35,401 bases of DNA from Toensbergia leucococca. Taxonomy: Eukaryota. Location of the stretch: NCBI GenBank assembly GCA_022813965.1, contig JALDZS010000078.1, positions 62,001-97,401 on the forward strand, written 5' to 3'. Below the pieces are notes generated by a model. That model did no database searches. It worked only from the letters and a program-made list of their open reading frames with translations, and was not told the origin of the DNA. The translations under genes and the position numbers were made by a program. Of the stretch, positions 11,482-24,049 are shown piece after piece (position 1 is the stretch's first letter; each line of letters begins with the position of its first letter).

Positions 11482-13067
11482 TTTGAGACCTTGAGCTTGT
11501 TCCAGCCAGGTCAAGGTCAAATAGTAATGTAATGACAGTGCAGAATAGGTTGAGCTGGTCAATCAGTGCTTGGAAGTCCCTGAGCTTGGGCTTACTGTGT
11601 TCACTAAGCCACCTTAATTGGTAGGTAGCCTTCACGGACCAAGTTTCAATCCTCCCGTCGGGGTTCCCTTCTGAAATGATACTACTCTTTGTTATTGGCA
11701 ATTGGCCTAGCAAGCGGCTTTTAGAGGAACACTTGGGAAGGGACCACAACAGCAGTACCTTCCCGATAGTTGGGTTCAGGGGGATACCATTCTCGAGCAA
11801 AGCGCGCGAAATAAAAGTTGAGGAAAATAGCATGCACAGCGAAGCCCTAATTCGTCGCTTACTGTCCCTCAGTTACAACATGTTCAGAGTGCTGATAACC
11901 TGGAACATCCCTAAAACTCTCCCATATATAATGCAAGTGAAGAACATGTTGGTCATCATAATACTTGCAAGATAAGACATTTCCATATTTGTTGATTGTT
12001 CTCGTCTTGCTTCTTAGTGAGAAGTAAGCTATCCCATTCATTCCTGCAACATCCAGCGGCCCTGTATGCCTTCTTACATGACATTTCAACACATGATCCA
12101 TGCATCCTTGAAAGGATATTGTATCATAGGGTATTCTAATCCCTTGGCTAGGCTTCCGCTCCATTGTGAGCTCAGTATATTATCATAGCATCTAAATGTC
12201 TTCAGATTTTTTCCGTTCAGTCGGAACGAGTATTTCTTCATTCACTGCCTGAACAGCACTCAGCTCGTAGCGATCTTCTGTTCTAATTTTCCTCTTTGTC
12301 TGACAAGCCTTTGCATATTTCTTGCGAACATTTTCGGGGTATCCCGAAAGTTCAAGGTGATAAAATCTTAAAGAGTAAGGGGGGAGTTCACTTGTCTTTG
12401 ACTTGTAACCGTGGCAGTGAATGTAGAGATCCTGCATAGCTGAAGACCCGAGGTAGTGAGGTCAACGGCAACCCATCATTAAACACTGGTCCCAAATCAG
12501 ATGGAGTAATTAGAGGTCATTAGACTCAGCAAGTTGGAGAACAGTCGCGCTTCCGTTCATCCCAAGGTGCCTGGTACCACTGTCTCTTCCTTCCCACCTT
12601 AGGGGCCCCAATATCTCTTCTTCCCCTGTTAATGCGACAAGTAATTCGAAATCAGGGGCAGTCCAGCCAAGAGAACCCGGGAAGAAGTAACAGACGGAGT
12701 GTGAAGAATCAGATTCAACATCATAAGTGTAGATAGCCTCAGAAATGCAAAAGCGCTGAGTGCTGTTCAAGATCATTTAAGCCTTCGTTTCCTTTATCCC
12801 CTATCTACCAATGCACAATGGTGGTACTTACGCATCTCATGGGATGAAAAGAATCAGCAGTTATAATCCTCAACTCTTGGGGACTCGGGTACTCGGGTAC
12901 TCGTCTTAGTCAGAAGAAATATCCCCCATGTTAGCGGTCTCTCGATTCATTATCCCCAACGAGGATCCAAAGAAAGCCTGAAGTTTCTCACAAGTAATTT
13001 TTGATACGACTGATGCCACTATTAGGAGCGTAAAGTACCACCCAATTGAAGTCTACCGATCCCACAG

Positions 13068-13355
13068 TACGAGCTATTCGTAAATCTCAACTGGCCAGTG
13101 CTGTACAAGACCTCGAAACACCCTTTCGAAGTTAATGGAGATCTCGTCATCGAAGGAAGTACTGCCATCGAAAGGCGCTATCTGTCGAAGGCTTTGAAGG
13201 TGATGCAAGCACATCTAGATTTAGATCCTACCTTCTCTTCTCACGAAGTACCACTCTTTAAAGAGCTTCGAGTCTCCAAATACGAAGGTTATGCTCTTCT
13301 GACTTTAACTTCCCACAGCAGTAAAGAGGATAGAAACGCAGCCTGCGAGGACTAG
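13068..13355 (+). CDS. Possible terminal exon of a small hypothetical gene or gene relic
   Basis: CAG acceptor at 13067 opens a 95-codon frame (YELFVNLNWPVLYKTSKHPF…). No convincing first exon or domain. Confidence 0.2.
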   Translation, partial: YELFVNLNWPVLYKTSKHPFEVNGDLVIEGSTAIERRYLSKALKVMQAHLDLDPTFSSHEVPLFKELRVSKYEGYALLTLTSHSSKEDRNAACED

Positions 13356-13810
13356 CCCAAGAGGAGTGGCAGTAATCGAAATCCGGCGCCTAAAGGAGCA
13401 GTATGGTTCACGGCCTGAAAACGTTGTGGGAGGATGATTACAAGACTCGCGGAGGCAAAGCCCGTGAAAAAGGCGTTCAACAACATGCCGGCAAAAAATC
13501 GACGCCGCACAAAGTCTCAGAGGAAATACCGGTTCTTGTACATTTTGCTTATTAGACATGCGTGATGAGAAGAGATGTAGTCTCCTCAGACGTCTTGTTA
13601 TTCTTGATTAATTTCATTGACTGGAACTGCACCGTATTCTATTTTTTGATGGCCCGTGCACCGGCGACTTGAGATTTCATGTTCCGTTGGTGCGTCACTC
13701 CGTATTGGTTACCTCATTGCTGACGATACTCGTAGTAATGTACAATAACGACAGGAAAATGATACAATCCTCAGCTTTAGCTTTGATACAATGAATTGGA
13801 GGCACCAGAC

Positions 13811-15150
13811 ATGGACAGAGTAAAAGATGCTGCGAAAGGGGCGCTCGCTAAAGGCGAATCTGCCAAAAGCGGATTAAGTGGAGGCGGATGGCGTGGGAGC
13901 GATGGGAAACCCAGAGAAAGATGGCGAGATAAAGGCATGAATCAAGTGGTTCGTTACCTTCTTGAACTGTGAGGGACTATCTGATTGTCTCTTCTGTGTA
14001 GGCTGGATTGATGGGCAGAGGGACGGGGCAGCATCAAGAATCCGAAGAGCACCTATCTCGTCCACTGGCAACACTCAAGGATCCTAGTGCATTCGGCCCT
14101 CCGCCCAAGCATATCAGTCATCATGGCGGAGCGGCACTCCCGAACACCATCACCCCTGATCGACGTGGACTTGGTGTACCACTTACGCCAGATGAGATCC
14201 GAGTCAAGGAACAAGAGGAAATGGAGCAGCGAGCTGCCGAGGAAGCAGAAGAAGCAGAAAGAAACGTTGCTCACCCGCCTGTCCCATACAGAGCTGATAC
14301 CACTGGGTTATCCACGAACAATTTGCCAAAGCCACCGCTGCGCCGTCTCGAGTATGAGGGCCAAGCTGGTACACTGCCAACCAGTCCGGTCAACAAACAG
14401 AAACCTTCACTACCACCAAGACTACCACCAAGGCAGAATTCGAATCCTCACCAAGATACTCCTCCTCCGCCGCCTCCGTATACTGAAGCTCCGAGGGATA
14501 GATCCCCACAGAAGAGCTATCTCAATCAAGGGGCTTTGAATAGACTTGGTTCAGCCGGCATATCTGTGCCAGGCTTGGGTATTAGCAAAGGACCTGATGC
14601 TTCGAATCCTTGGCAGGATCAAGCAGGCTCCGTTGGTGGCAGTACATCTGCTAGTGCTTCAAATTCCCGAGGGCCCCAACTGAATGAATTACAATCACGC
14701 TTTTCCAGATTGTCATCGACCTCCCCGAAAGTGGAGTCGCATTCACAGGGCACCTCCTTTGCCCAGAAGCAAGCCGCACTCAAGACTGCTAGTTCTTTCC
14801 GCAATGATCCTTCTTCTGTATCTCTAGCAGATGCCAAAAGAGCCGCGTCAACTGCCAATAATTTTCGGGAGAGGCACGGTGATCAGGTTGCATCCGGTTG
14901 GAAAAGCGCCAACAGCCTGAATAAGAAATATGATATCGCAAACAAAGTCAATGGTTATGCCACTAATGGTAGCAATTCGCCTGTGAATGAGGCTCCTCCT
15001 ACGCCGCCAAGCTCGACTGCACCCAGTTCATCATCGCTTCCAGTAAAGAAGAAGCCTCCACCACCACCGCCGAAAAAGGTGTTCGCCGAAAGCGGAGCCG
15101 CACCATCTCCACCCCCAGTGCCGTTAGCTAGTAGACCCAAGTTTGGGTGA
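13811..15150 (+). CDS. Proline-rich AIM3/BBC1-like actin-patch-type protein (~428 aa); exons 13811-13948, 14002-15150
   Basis: Intron GTTCGT…CTGAT…TAG joins …WRDKGMNQV/AGLMG. Blocks typical of this conserved fungal family: LKDPSAFGPPPKH, YLNQGALNRLGSAGISVPGLGI, GTSFAQKQAALKTASSFRNDPSSVSLADAK, NFRERHGDQVASG. Polyproline SH3-ligand motifs and C-terminal PPPVPLASRPK. Confidence 0.8.
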
Positions 15151-15377
15151 AGCAACATAAGTGTGACAATGGTAGGGGATTCATTAGCATACATGACTCA
15201 GCTTTATTGAACTCTCAAATGTATCTTTATAACCTGCTCAGTTCTCTCTTGCAAGTAACCGGCAATTCTCAATAAAAGCATTCAAAAGGTTCTCGGAACA
15301 CTGTACTGCTCTACCTCTGCTTTCTGTACTACTATCAATACATACCTTACCAAGAACCAGGTATACCACTAGAAACA

Positions 15378-16235
15378 ATGTCTGGAGACTTTGACCTCGA
15401 CCTTCCCTCACTCTGGTTTACTAAGCAACCGCCAGCCTTCCCCGTCCCCTCCATGCGTGCCAAAGGTCCCTCAACATCTACCTACAATTGGATGTATGAA
15501 CAAGACTACAACGGCATACGCAAAACACTCATTGCCATCGTACGCTGGACTAACGATCTCTCCACGACAAAAGTCCGCATCACATGGACGGAATCCAAAC
15601 CCCTCGCCACGGTCCAGGCAAGACAAGTCCACTATCCTGCACCGAAACCCCTCTCCCCAACGGAGCTCGACAATGCACACAAAGCCTACGGCCGAAACAT
15701 CGCCGCCTGGGCCACCGCCTCCATCGGCTCTCGCGTTGGCGACGGCGAGTGCTGGTCCTTTGTCCACAAAGCCCTGCAAGACCTCTCAGAATCGTATACC
15801 AAATACGGCAAGGAACCCCCTATGCTCAGCCAAGGCCGCACCCATGGCTCCTGCATCCTCGCCCTTGAAGCCTCGGACCCAGGATCAGTGAAGGGCATGC
15901 TGCAACTGGCGGATGTACGCGAGGGCGATATCCTGGAGATGAAGAGCGCGCATTTTCGGACGGTGGTGCAGAAGCCTGAGGTTGCTGTTGGGGAACAGTG
16001 GGGAAAGTGGGTGAAGGGGGAAGGGGAGAAGAATGTGCGGTTAGGGCATCATACGGCTGTTTTGGTGGGGGTGGAGGGGGATTGCATGTGTGTTGTGGAG
16101 CAGAACGGGGTTGTGGAGGGGGGTGTTGGGGAGGTGAGGTATGATTTGGGCGAGATGATTAGGGGGGATGTCAAGGTCTACAGGGTTGTGGGGGAGGGGT
16201 GGTGTGGACCTTTGGAAGCAAGTTGGGAGGAGTAA
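15378..16235 (+). CDS. Stand-alone BBC1/AIM3-type cysteine-proteinase-fold (CHAP/NlpC-P60-like) protein, 285 aa
   Basis: Intronless ORF. DFDLDLPSLWF start, VGDGECW (Cys), GHHTAV (His) and VEQN motifs in papain-like order. Confidence 0.8.
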   Translation: MSGDFDLDLPSLWFTKQPPAFPVPSMRAKGPSTSTYNWMYEQDYNGIRKTLIAIVRWTNDLSTTKVRITWTESKPLATVQARQVHYPAPKPLSPTELDNAHKAYGRNIAAWATASIGSRVGDGECWSFVHKALQDLSESYTKYGKEPPMLSQGRTHGSCILALEASDPGSVKGMLQLADVREGDILEMKSAHFRTVVQKPEVAVGEQWGKWVKGEGEKNVRLGHHTAVLVGVEGDCMCVVEQNGVVEGGVGEVRYDLGEMIRGDVKVYRVVGEGWCGPLEASWEE

Positions 16236-16351
16236 GTGGTTGTGTTGCAGGAAAGGGGTGTCTTTAGCGTGCTATGAATCTCATAGTGGTGTCTGTACGA
16301 TAAATTACTGCCCACGCCACCGGTGAGAACGATCAAAGGGGACCATTTGTC

Positions 16352-17164
16352 CTAGCTAATTGGCTTCTCCAAAGCGTCACACCTACTGCTACGGCTATTC
16401 AGTGCTCTAAACCAGAAAGTATTGATGTGCAAGAGATAAGCTTGTTTTTCACGACGCTCGGTAAAGCGCTTTCTAGAGAATACGGCCTTACAATTGTCAT
16501 GGAGAAGGGACTTTCCAGCATCGTTTAAGGGTAGATCTTCTGATCTTCTAACCCTCGAACCCGTATCGTGCGTCTTCATACTAGACATTGGAAATATCAT
16601 CTAGTCTTTCGCCACCAGAGCTAGGGAAATTCATCGGTAAAGTTGTGAAATCCTGACTTTAATGAGAAAGTGAGCTATTAATGTGAGAAACATATGCATC
16701 TTAATGTGAAATTTGGTGAGGTCCGAATTAAACAATTGCAGGAATTCCCTCGCATCCAATCTTTTGGTGACGCGGGGTTGACGAATTTTCACCAATAAGT
16801 CAGATTTAATGTCATCGTGATAGCAGAATATCACTCACCACGTTGAAACATAGAAATCAGAATCCAGAGTCCAGTATGGGTCCTGCCGGTCATGAATTCT
16901 TTCTGAAGAGCCATTCGCTCTTGATGCAAGTAACCAACTCTACGCTGGCCAGACTTCAACAAAATTCAAAAATCCGGCGTTCAAAATCCAAACATCATCC
17001 TTGCCGGCGTCAATAACGGCGGGGATTTGTAGAATGTTTTCAAGAACGTCGGTGATCTCAGCAACAAAAGCATGAAGCTGAATGATGCTGTTGAAGACCA
17101 GCTCGCCAGTAACACCTTGGCTGATGCAGGTCAAATCCAGGAAGGGTTGTCTTGCTAGCACCAA
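16352..17164 (-). pseudogene. Possible degenerate coding relic
   Basis: Several short collinear minus-strand ORF pieces broken by stops (…VEVWPA*SWLLASRANG…; DLPLNDAGKSLLH), faintly ankyrin-like, and a GTGAGT donor near 16837. No coherent gene model. Confidence 0.2.
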
Positions 17165-18257
17165 TGCGGAGAGGAAAAAGACTCAAAGTTCTGTAACTTG
17201 TGTAATGACTTGCGGAGCCACGTATGAGGTGGATTCAATGGTTGAACGATCTCGAGATGTGGTCCGTGGAGCACGCTGTTTGGAGTATGCAATGTTAAAA
17301 TTGTTAAAACAGAGCCACTGTAACATACTTTGTAGGCTACATTCTCAACTGCAAGACACTTGGCGGCACAGAGATGACTAAAGAAAAAGGTAAATCATAT
17401 CATCAGTGCCTGAATTTAGAAGAATTCTTTGAGAATTGAGATAGATAGAAAGGAACAGCTGAGTACATCCAATGCAATGAATGATTCAGAGGAGACGGCA
17501 AACAGACTAAGGTGAAAAGGACTTCAATCTAGGATTTTTGAAACAAGGCAGCTCTAAGGAGTGAGTCACAGACAAGACAAAACAGTGATATTATCTTAAC
17601 AGCTCGTAGATTGCTGATTTCGGGGGTCAATTGAATCAATGAAGTACATGATCAAAGAAGGCTATAATTAAGGCTCAATACCATGACATCGACTTCTCAC
17701 TAGTTTTCAAGATCAATTGTTCTTAGATATTCATACTAATATTCAAAATCGGAATTGTGGAGTTGAATAGGTAGTCTGGCTCTGGGTGTGGCTGATGTGG
17801 CTTTCTTGCAACGACGTCATTATGTCCTACCAAGCCTGAAGCCGTTGTAATCAAAACATCAAGTTTGTTTCAACCGCGTCGTGCACAAGACAGAACGTTA
17901 GAACCTGGACTTGCGCGATTCAGGCCACAATCAGATCCTGCACCTCTCTTAGGGGGTCTTGCAAGACCAACCGATCAATTCTTTGATGCAAAGGTAAGAC
18001 ACCGAGTGCTCCTGTCCTTCTCCGCTTGCGGATACCACATTCTACCACATTGGCTTTCCAAATTCTTTCCCTACCTTCAACGTGTAATACATGTCGCCAC
18101 AAGATCGCCGTGAGCTGAATTTTGCGATACGAAGGTATTAAACTTTGACATCTTGTTCTATCAGCTTTCTGGTTGAGCTTGCCTCACATCAATCTCTGAT
18201 ATCAAACCACAAGAGTATGATCACTTTACGCTGACAAGACCTCCCTTAGCCTTCAAG

Positions 18258-20343
18258 ATGATCCCCATTACTCCAAGCAACACGATTGCGCCATCTGTTT
18301 ATATCACTTATCCGCCTTCCTCTCTATTTAAATTCCCTCCGCCTCCGCTACCGCAGACTCTACCTCCAGCCGATGCGGAATTTTCCATCGCGCATCCCTT
18401 CAATATAAATCCCGAGCTTTACAATAACCTCCTCCATGTCGCATATCCGATTGCAGTTTCACTTTCATACATGGTAGCAGTGAGGGTGGCCAATCAGATC
18501 AACACCAACCGGGAAAATAAAGCTTGGAGCTTCAGTCAAACTCGCGTCTTTTACGCCTTTGTCATCGCTCACAATGTCTTCCTTGCAATCTACTCGTGCT
18601 GGACGTTCGTTGGTATGGCCAACGCAATCAGGCCTACTTGGCCTGGATTGAATAGTGAGGATGGACTAGCGGGCGCCGTTGACTCGTTGTGCAAAATAAA
18701 CGGGCCAAGGGGACTGGGCAGTGCAGCGACCTTTGATTCGGCAACTGATACGTGGGGCCTCACGGATACGACCATGAAACTGGCAGGGGTTAATCCAGAC
18801 AACACAGATGTGGGCCGCTTGTGGAATGAAGGCCTGGCGTATTATGGATGGTTATTCTACCTCTCAAAATTCTATGAGATAGTAGACACTGTCATCGTAT
18901 TGACCAAAGGAAAGAGGAGTTCGCCTCTGCAAACTTACCACCATGCTGGAGCAATGTGGTGTGTGTGGATTGGGATACGATACATGTCCCCTCCGTGCTG
19001 GATGTTTGTGATTGTGAACTCAGGAATTCACACCTTGATGGTAAGATAGATTTAGGAATCCGAATACGTTAACTTTCTAGCGTTTCTTGGATTTCGACAT
19101 TGCTAAGATTTCACAGTACACGTACTACACAATCGCTGCCTTGGATATCTACGTCCCACAGGCTGTCAAGCGCACCCTAACAACCCTACAAATCACTCAG
19201 ATCATCTGGGGATTTGTATATTCAGCTGCTCATCTATTTCTGGCCTACGATATTCCTATCTCAACTCCTTATCTCTTTGTTCACAACCTGTCAACAGCCA
19301 TCCCTGCAGCAGCTTCGTCTATCTCCTCTGCCGCTGTCAGTGCAACCGCAATAGCCGGTGTTGGGGCCTGGCTCAAAAAAGCTGCATTTCGTGCTGCAGG
19401 GGCAGAGGGCCTAGCAGAAAATGTGCAGAACAGCCAGGGAGAGACATTCGGCATTGATGCAATCCATGCGGCGGAAGTGGAAAAGGCGCAGGAGGAGATA
19501 AGATATAAGACAACATACCAGACCATCAATTGTATTGATACCTCGGGACAGGTTGTTGCTATACTCGTTAATCTGCTTTACTTAGCGCCCCTCGCGTAAG
19601 TCTTATTTTTTTGGTTTACCTGATGGGCCTCGTCTTTTACTATATGATTTATGGCTAATTCGAAAGCTTGAAGCTGGATGTTCGTCGAATTCTTCGTCAG
19701 TTCCTACATTCGCAGCACAAGGTCGAAATCTTCTCCGGACAGAGAACATGCATTCTCCAAGGCCAACAGAGACGCACTCAAAGGCGTTGAGAGTCAAATT
19801 CGTGAAGCAATGTCCGATGGCCAGGGTAATGACGAGTCAGAGCTTCTGAACGATACCAAAGCGAAGCTTGACGATGCAACAAAGATTTTGAAGGAAGGTG
19901 CCGACAAGTTAAGCAAAAATGCGAAGAGTGCTGTGAAGAAAGGGGAGGAGAGAGTAAGAAATGCCATGAAAAAAGGGGAGGAGAAAGCGAGGGATAACGA
20001 AGAGCATATATCAGAAGCTCGCGATTCTCAGGATAGCCCCGATAGCCCTGAAGGGGATGACAAAGCTTACGAGGAAGCCAAGAAGGCCGTGAATGGCGTG
20101 GAGAAAAAGGGGAAAGAAAGTGCCGAAGCTATAACAAATGGGACTAAAGAGAATCAGGCCGACACTACGGTTTCTGATGGATCCACGGACGACCAGGTTG
20201 AAGGGACTGAAGGAGATGTTACTGGAACGGACCGCGATGAAATGGCATATGAGGTAAACCCGGACGAAATCAAAAATGAAGAGGAGAGGAAAGCAGAAGA
20301 GGAAATGCAGCCAGATAATACGTCATTGGGGTTGACTTTCTAG
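18258..20343 (+). CDS. GNS1/SUR4 (ELO) family fatty-acid elongase with long acidic tail (~643 aa); exons 18258-19040, 19117-19595, 19674-20343
   Basis: Motifs HNVFLAIYS, FYLSKFYEIVDT, QTYHH (His box), NSGIHTLMYTYY, TTLQITQ, and multiple hydrophobic helices. Two GT-AG introns give 1932 nt in frame. Confidence 0.9.
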
Positions 20344-21256
20344 GGTATCATGTTTTCATCTAAAGCGCCTGGCTGGGGATCTACAGAACAGATCCTTTGA
20401 ATATCATTTCCTTGCGGTAGCTTCCTCTCGAGACACTTACCTCGGATGGGGCGAATAAGTCTCAGAATAGTCTAATCTATTTTATTCAAATCCTTGTGTC
20501 AAGCCTAGCAGTCCATTACCATAGTGCAGGCTACCTGTCATCTTGATGAGGCAGGTGGAATATTCTTTGGAGCGAAAAATCATTTTAAAAACAGAGCATA
20601 CAAGACTCTCGACTTGGGGAGCGGCAAAATTTAGGTACGCTAGCAGTCTCGCTGTTTTCGTTTCTGTATGTTTTGCTATGATTTGGTTGCCTATAAGCTA
20701 ATGGGCAACCTTGACGAATATCGGCCTCTCATCCAAACAACACACCTAGCTGTCAAAGACAACTACGTAAGGATCTAATCTCGGCTTTTGAACGTTGGCA
20801 ACCTACCAAGTCTACATTTCACCAACGGGACTTCTTCGCTGACGACGTCAAACTTTGGCTTCTTTCTAACCCAGTATTATCGACCTTTCGATAGAGGAAA
20901 TCCTTATATATAAGCCTTTGGCAATTATGAAAGCTTGAGAGATTTCTAGTTTGACTCTTAGCGTATCTGAGACCCGTTCATATCTTCTCAGCCAACTCGG
21001 CGGTTGGAGGATCGTGAGAAAAGGGTTCAATCCTGCACAAGATTTCATGCGCGCAAAGACTTCTAGACTATATATATCCTATCAATGTTGAAGTATCTTA
21101 CGACTGAAGAAAAAAAGACTATTCAAAGCCTTCAGAGCCAATGTTATGACGAACCCCCCCCCAAAAAGACTTTTCCCTACTCATGCACGCAAAAAAGGGT
21201 AGTCATAAAAACCATAATTCATCGACTCCTTCCTCATCTACTCCTCCCTCATTGTA

Positions 21257-24049
21257 TCACTCATATAAATCCATATCTCCATTTGCATCCTCCAACTCCA
21301 ACACCGCATCATCTTCATCAATCATATCGTCGTCATCTTCCGCCTCGCTATCGTCATTATTGGCCAAGACTGTAATTCGTCCATGTTCTAATACCACCCT
21401 TGCCACCTCCCCGTCCTTTATGCTACCCCGGAGGATTAGTACCGCTAGTCGGTTCAGTACCTCCTTTTCTATTAATCGTGCTAGCGGCCGTGCGCCATAT
21501 GCTGGAGAGTATCCAGCGCTACCAAGATAGTCTTTCACGTCTTCAGAGCACACGATTCTGACCTTCCGGTCATTTTGCGCCAGTCGTTTCTGGATCTCAT
21601 CGAGGCGGACGTCAACGATCCTGCGTATCTCGCGTCTAGTGAGGCGGTTGAAAATGACGATGCTGTTGATACGATTCAGAAATTCGGGGAGGAAGTAGTT
21701 CCTTAGAGCGGTCATGACCATTTCTCTAGTTGTGGGGTCGATGCGGCCATCAGGTGCATTTTGCCGGGCTAAAAACTCGGCACCGAGATTTGAAGTCATG
21801 ACTACGATACAGTTTCGCGCGTCGACGACTCGCCCTTGACCGTCAGTGATGCGACCATCATCCATGAGTTGTAGCATGACAGTGAGAACTTCTTTCGCAG
21901 CTTTCTCGACTTCATCAAACAGAAGAATCGAGAAAGGACGTCGACGAAGCGCCTCGGTCAATTGACCCCCGGCATCGTGACCAACATAGCCCGGAGGTGA
22001 TCCAATCATGCGGCTTAAGGAGTGACGTTCTTGGTACTCGGACATGTCGAATCGGATCATAGACTTCGGATCATCGAAGAGAAATTCGGCAAGTGCCTTA
22101 GTCAATAGAGTCTTGCCTGTACCGGAGGGACCGCAGAAGAGGAAGCTCGGCGGCTGGTTAGGATTGCTGAGGCCAGATCGTTGCAAGCGAATTGCATTCG
22201 ACACAGATGTGACGGCCTCTTTTTGACCAATCACAATCTTACCAAGGTACTTCTCCATCTGAAGGAGCTTGTCTTTCTCGGTGGTTCTCAGTCTTGTGAT
22301 TGGTATTCCTGTCCATTTCGCCACGATCTCGTTGATTTGGTCAGGACCGACTGAATCTGTGAGCATAGCTTCTCCTGCATCTGGTCCACGGGATGTCGAG
22401 AGATCCGCATCAATTCGTGCTCGATCTGATTCTAGCTGCTCGATTCTTGCTTTGACATCTGGAATGGCATAATAGAGAAGATCCGAGGCAGTCTGAATGT
22501 CCTTGTTTCGTTCGGCTTCTTCTTGCTTGACCTTGAGAGACTCTAACTTGATCTTGGCTTCCTGAATATCTTTGCTTCGTTGCTTTTCGCTTTCATATTT
22601 CTCTCGCATTGGTTTCAAATCCTCAGCTACATTTGCAGCTTCAGCCTGTGCTTGCGAAAGCCGTGCGCGAGCAGATTCGTCGGTTTCCCGCTCGAGTGCG
22701 TGGATCTCGATCTGTAATTGACGTAGCTTACGTTCCATATTATCAAGGGCTTCTGGTTGAGATTCACGCGTCACACGGACCGCTGCAGCCGCTTCATCAA
22801 TCAGATCGACTGCGGAATCAGGCAGCCGTCTTCCCGTAAGATATCGAGCCGCAAGTGTGGCTGCAGCGACAATGGCACCATCCAGTATATTTACACCATG
22901 GTGGACCTCGTATTTCTCCTTCAATCCACGGAGGATAGAGATCGTCTCGGGAATCGTCGGCTCCTTGACTAGCACTTGCTGAAACCTCCGCTCAAACGCC
23001 TGATCCTTTTCAATGTACTTCCGATATTCAGCAAGGGTCGTAGCTCCGATGCAATGCAGTTGGCCTCTTGCAAGCATGGGCTTTAGCAAATTTGCAGCAT
23101 CCATTCCACCTTCTCCGCTGGACCCTGCGCCCATCAACAAATGCATCTCATCAACAAAAAGGACGATCATCTCTTTTGAATCTTCAATCTCTTTCAGCAC
23201 GCCCTTCATGCGCTCCTCGAATTCTCCACGGTACTTGCTCCCGGCGACCAAAGCTCCAACATCAAGAGATAGAAGCTTGCACGCTGCTAAGTTGGCTGGG
23301 ACATCTGCATTGACGATTCGAGATGCTAAGCCCTCAACGACTGTAGTTTTCCCGACGCCGGGCTCTCCGATCAAGACTGGATTGTTCTTGGTTCTTCGTG
23401 ACAATATCCGGACAACTCGTCTAATCTCCTCTTCTCGACCAATGACTGGATCGATTTTACCCTCCCTCGCCAAGGAAGTCATGTCGATTGTGAACTTCTT
23501 CAGATTCTCGTTTTCCTGTTCCGAGTCTGCTGTTTTTGAGTCCACCCTCTTCGTTCCGCGAATCTGTTGTATGGCATTGTCGATCAATTTTGTATTAGGT
23601 ATATTTGCATCGGCGAGACACCGCGATATGGAGGGTTCTTGAGCTAAGGCAGTAATGAGGTGATCGATTGCAATGTAACTATCCTTTTGGGTTTTTTGTA
23701 GCTCATTTGCAGAACGGAGTACTTTTGAAAACTGTGGTGATATTGAGACATGGTCTGGGGGGGGATCCTGACTGGGTAATCGAACAAGAGCTTTTTTCAT
23801 GGCTCGATCAAGTAATTGAGGGTCTCCATGGGCGCGATCCACAACCTGACGGAAAAGAGATACTGAGCCTCCAGAGTGCGAAGCATGCATTGATGCCTGT
23901 TGGTCCTTTGACTCGTCTACGGGCGGGTCGAGTAATGAGACTGCTAGATGGAGAGGGAGGATCTGAGAGTGAGAATATTGCTGAGCAAGTTCATGGGCGT
24001 CAGCGAGGGCTTTCTGCCCTCGATCAGTGAACTGCATGCCCGAAGTCAT
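21257..24049 (-). CDS. HSP104: Hsp104/Hsp98 ClpB-family AAA+ disaggregase, 930 aa, intronless
   Basis: Clp N-domain, NBD1 GEPGVGKT / VLFVDEMH, coiled-coil middle domain, NBD2 GPSGTGKT / LLFDEVEKA, GARPL, acidic C-terminus. First ATG at 24049 (alternative 24037). No mitochondrial presequence, so not Hsp78. Confidence 0.96.
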   Translation of the reverse strand: MTSGMQFTDRGQKALADAHELAQQYSHSQILPLHLAVSLLDPPVDESKDQQASMHASHSGGSVSLFRQVVDRAHGDPQLLDRAMKKALVRLPSQDPPPDHVSISPQFSKVLRSANELQKTQKDSYIAIDHLITALAQEPSISRCLADANIPNTKLIDNAIQQIRGTKRVDSKTADSEQENENLKKFTIDMTSLAREGKIDPVIGREEEIRRVVRILSRRTKNNPVLIGEPGVGKTTVVEGLASRIVNADVPANLAACKLLSLDVGALVAGSKYRGEFEERMKGVLKEIEDSKEMIVLFVDEMHLLMGAGSSGEGGMDAANLLKPMLARGQLHCIGATTLAEYRKYIEKDQAFERRFQQVLVKEPTIPETISILRGLKEKYEVHHGVNILDGAIVAAATLAARYLTGRRLPDSAVDLIDEAAAAVRVTRESQPEALDNMERKLRQLQIEIHALERETDESARARLSQAQAEAANVAEDLKPMREKYESEKQRSKDIQEAKIKLESLKVKQEEAERNKDIQTASDLLYYAIPDVKARIEQLESDRARIDADLSTSRGPDAGEAMLTDSVGPDQINEIVAKWTGIPITRLRTTEKDKLLQMEKYLGKIVIGQKEAVTSVSNAIRLQRSGLSNPNQPPSFLFCGPSGTGKTLLTKALAEFLFDDPKSMIRFDMSEYQERHSLSRMIGSPPGYVGHDAGGQLTEALRRRPFSILLFDEVEKAAKEVLTVMLQLMDDGRITDGQGRVVDARNCIVVMTSNLGAEFLARQNAPDGRIDPTTREMVMTALRNYFLPEFLNRINSIVIFNRLTRREIRRIVDVRLDEIQKRLAQNDRKVRIVCSEDVKDYLGSAGYSPAYGARPLARLIEKEVLNRLAVLILRGSIKDGEVARVVLEHGRITVLANNDDSEAEDDDDMIDEDDAVLELEDANGDMDLYE

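Noticed and set aside
11859..12840. Series of short minus-strand ORFs upstream of the amylase
   Set aside because: Could not be joined into a credible gene, and there are no recognisable motifs.
12881..12903. Short ACTCGGGT tandem (~2.5 copies)
   Set aside because: Too short to be significant. Not a telomeric or known motif.
23013..23642. 209-aa antisense ORF in HSP104 (also 29725-30405 opposite the flavin reductase-like gene)
   Set aside because: Antisense shadows of conserved genes caused by codon bias. No independent motifs.
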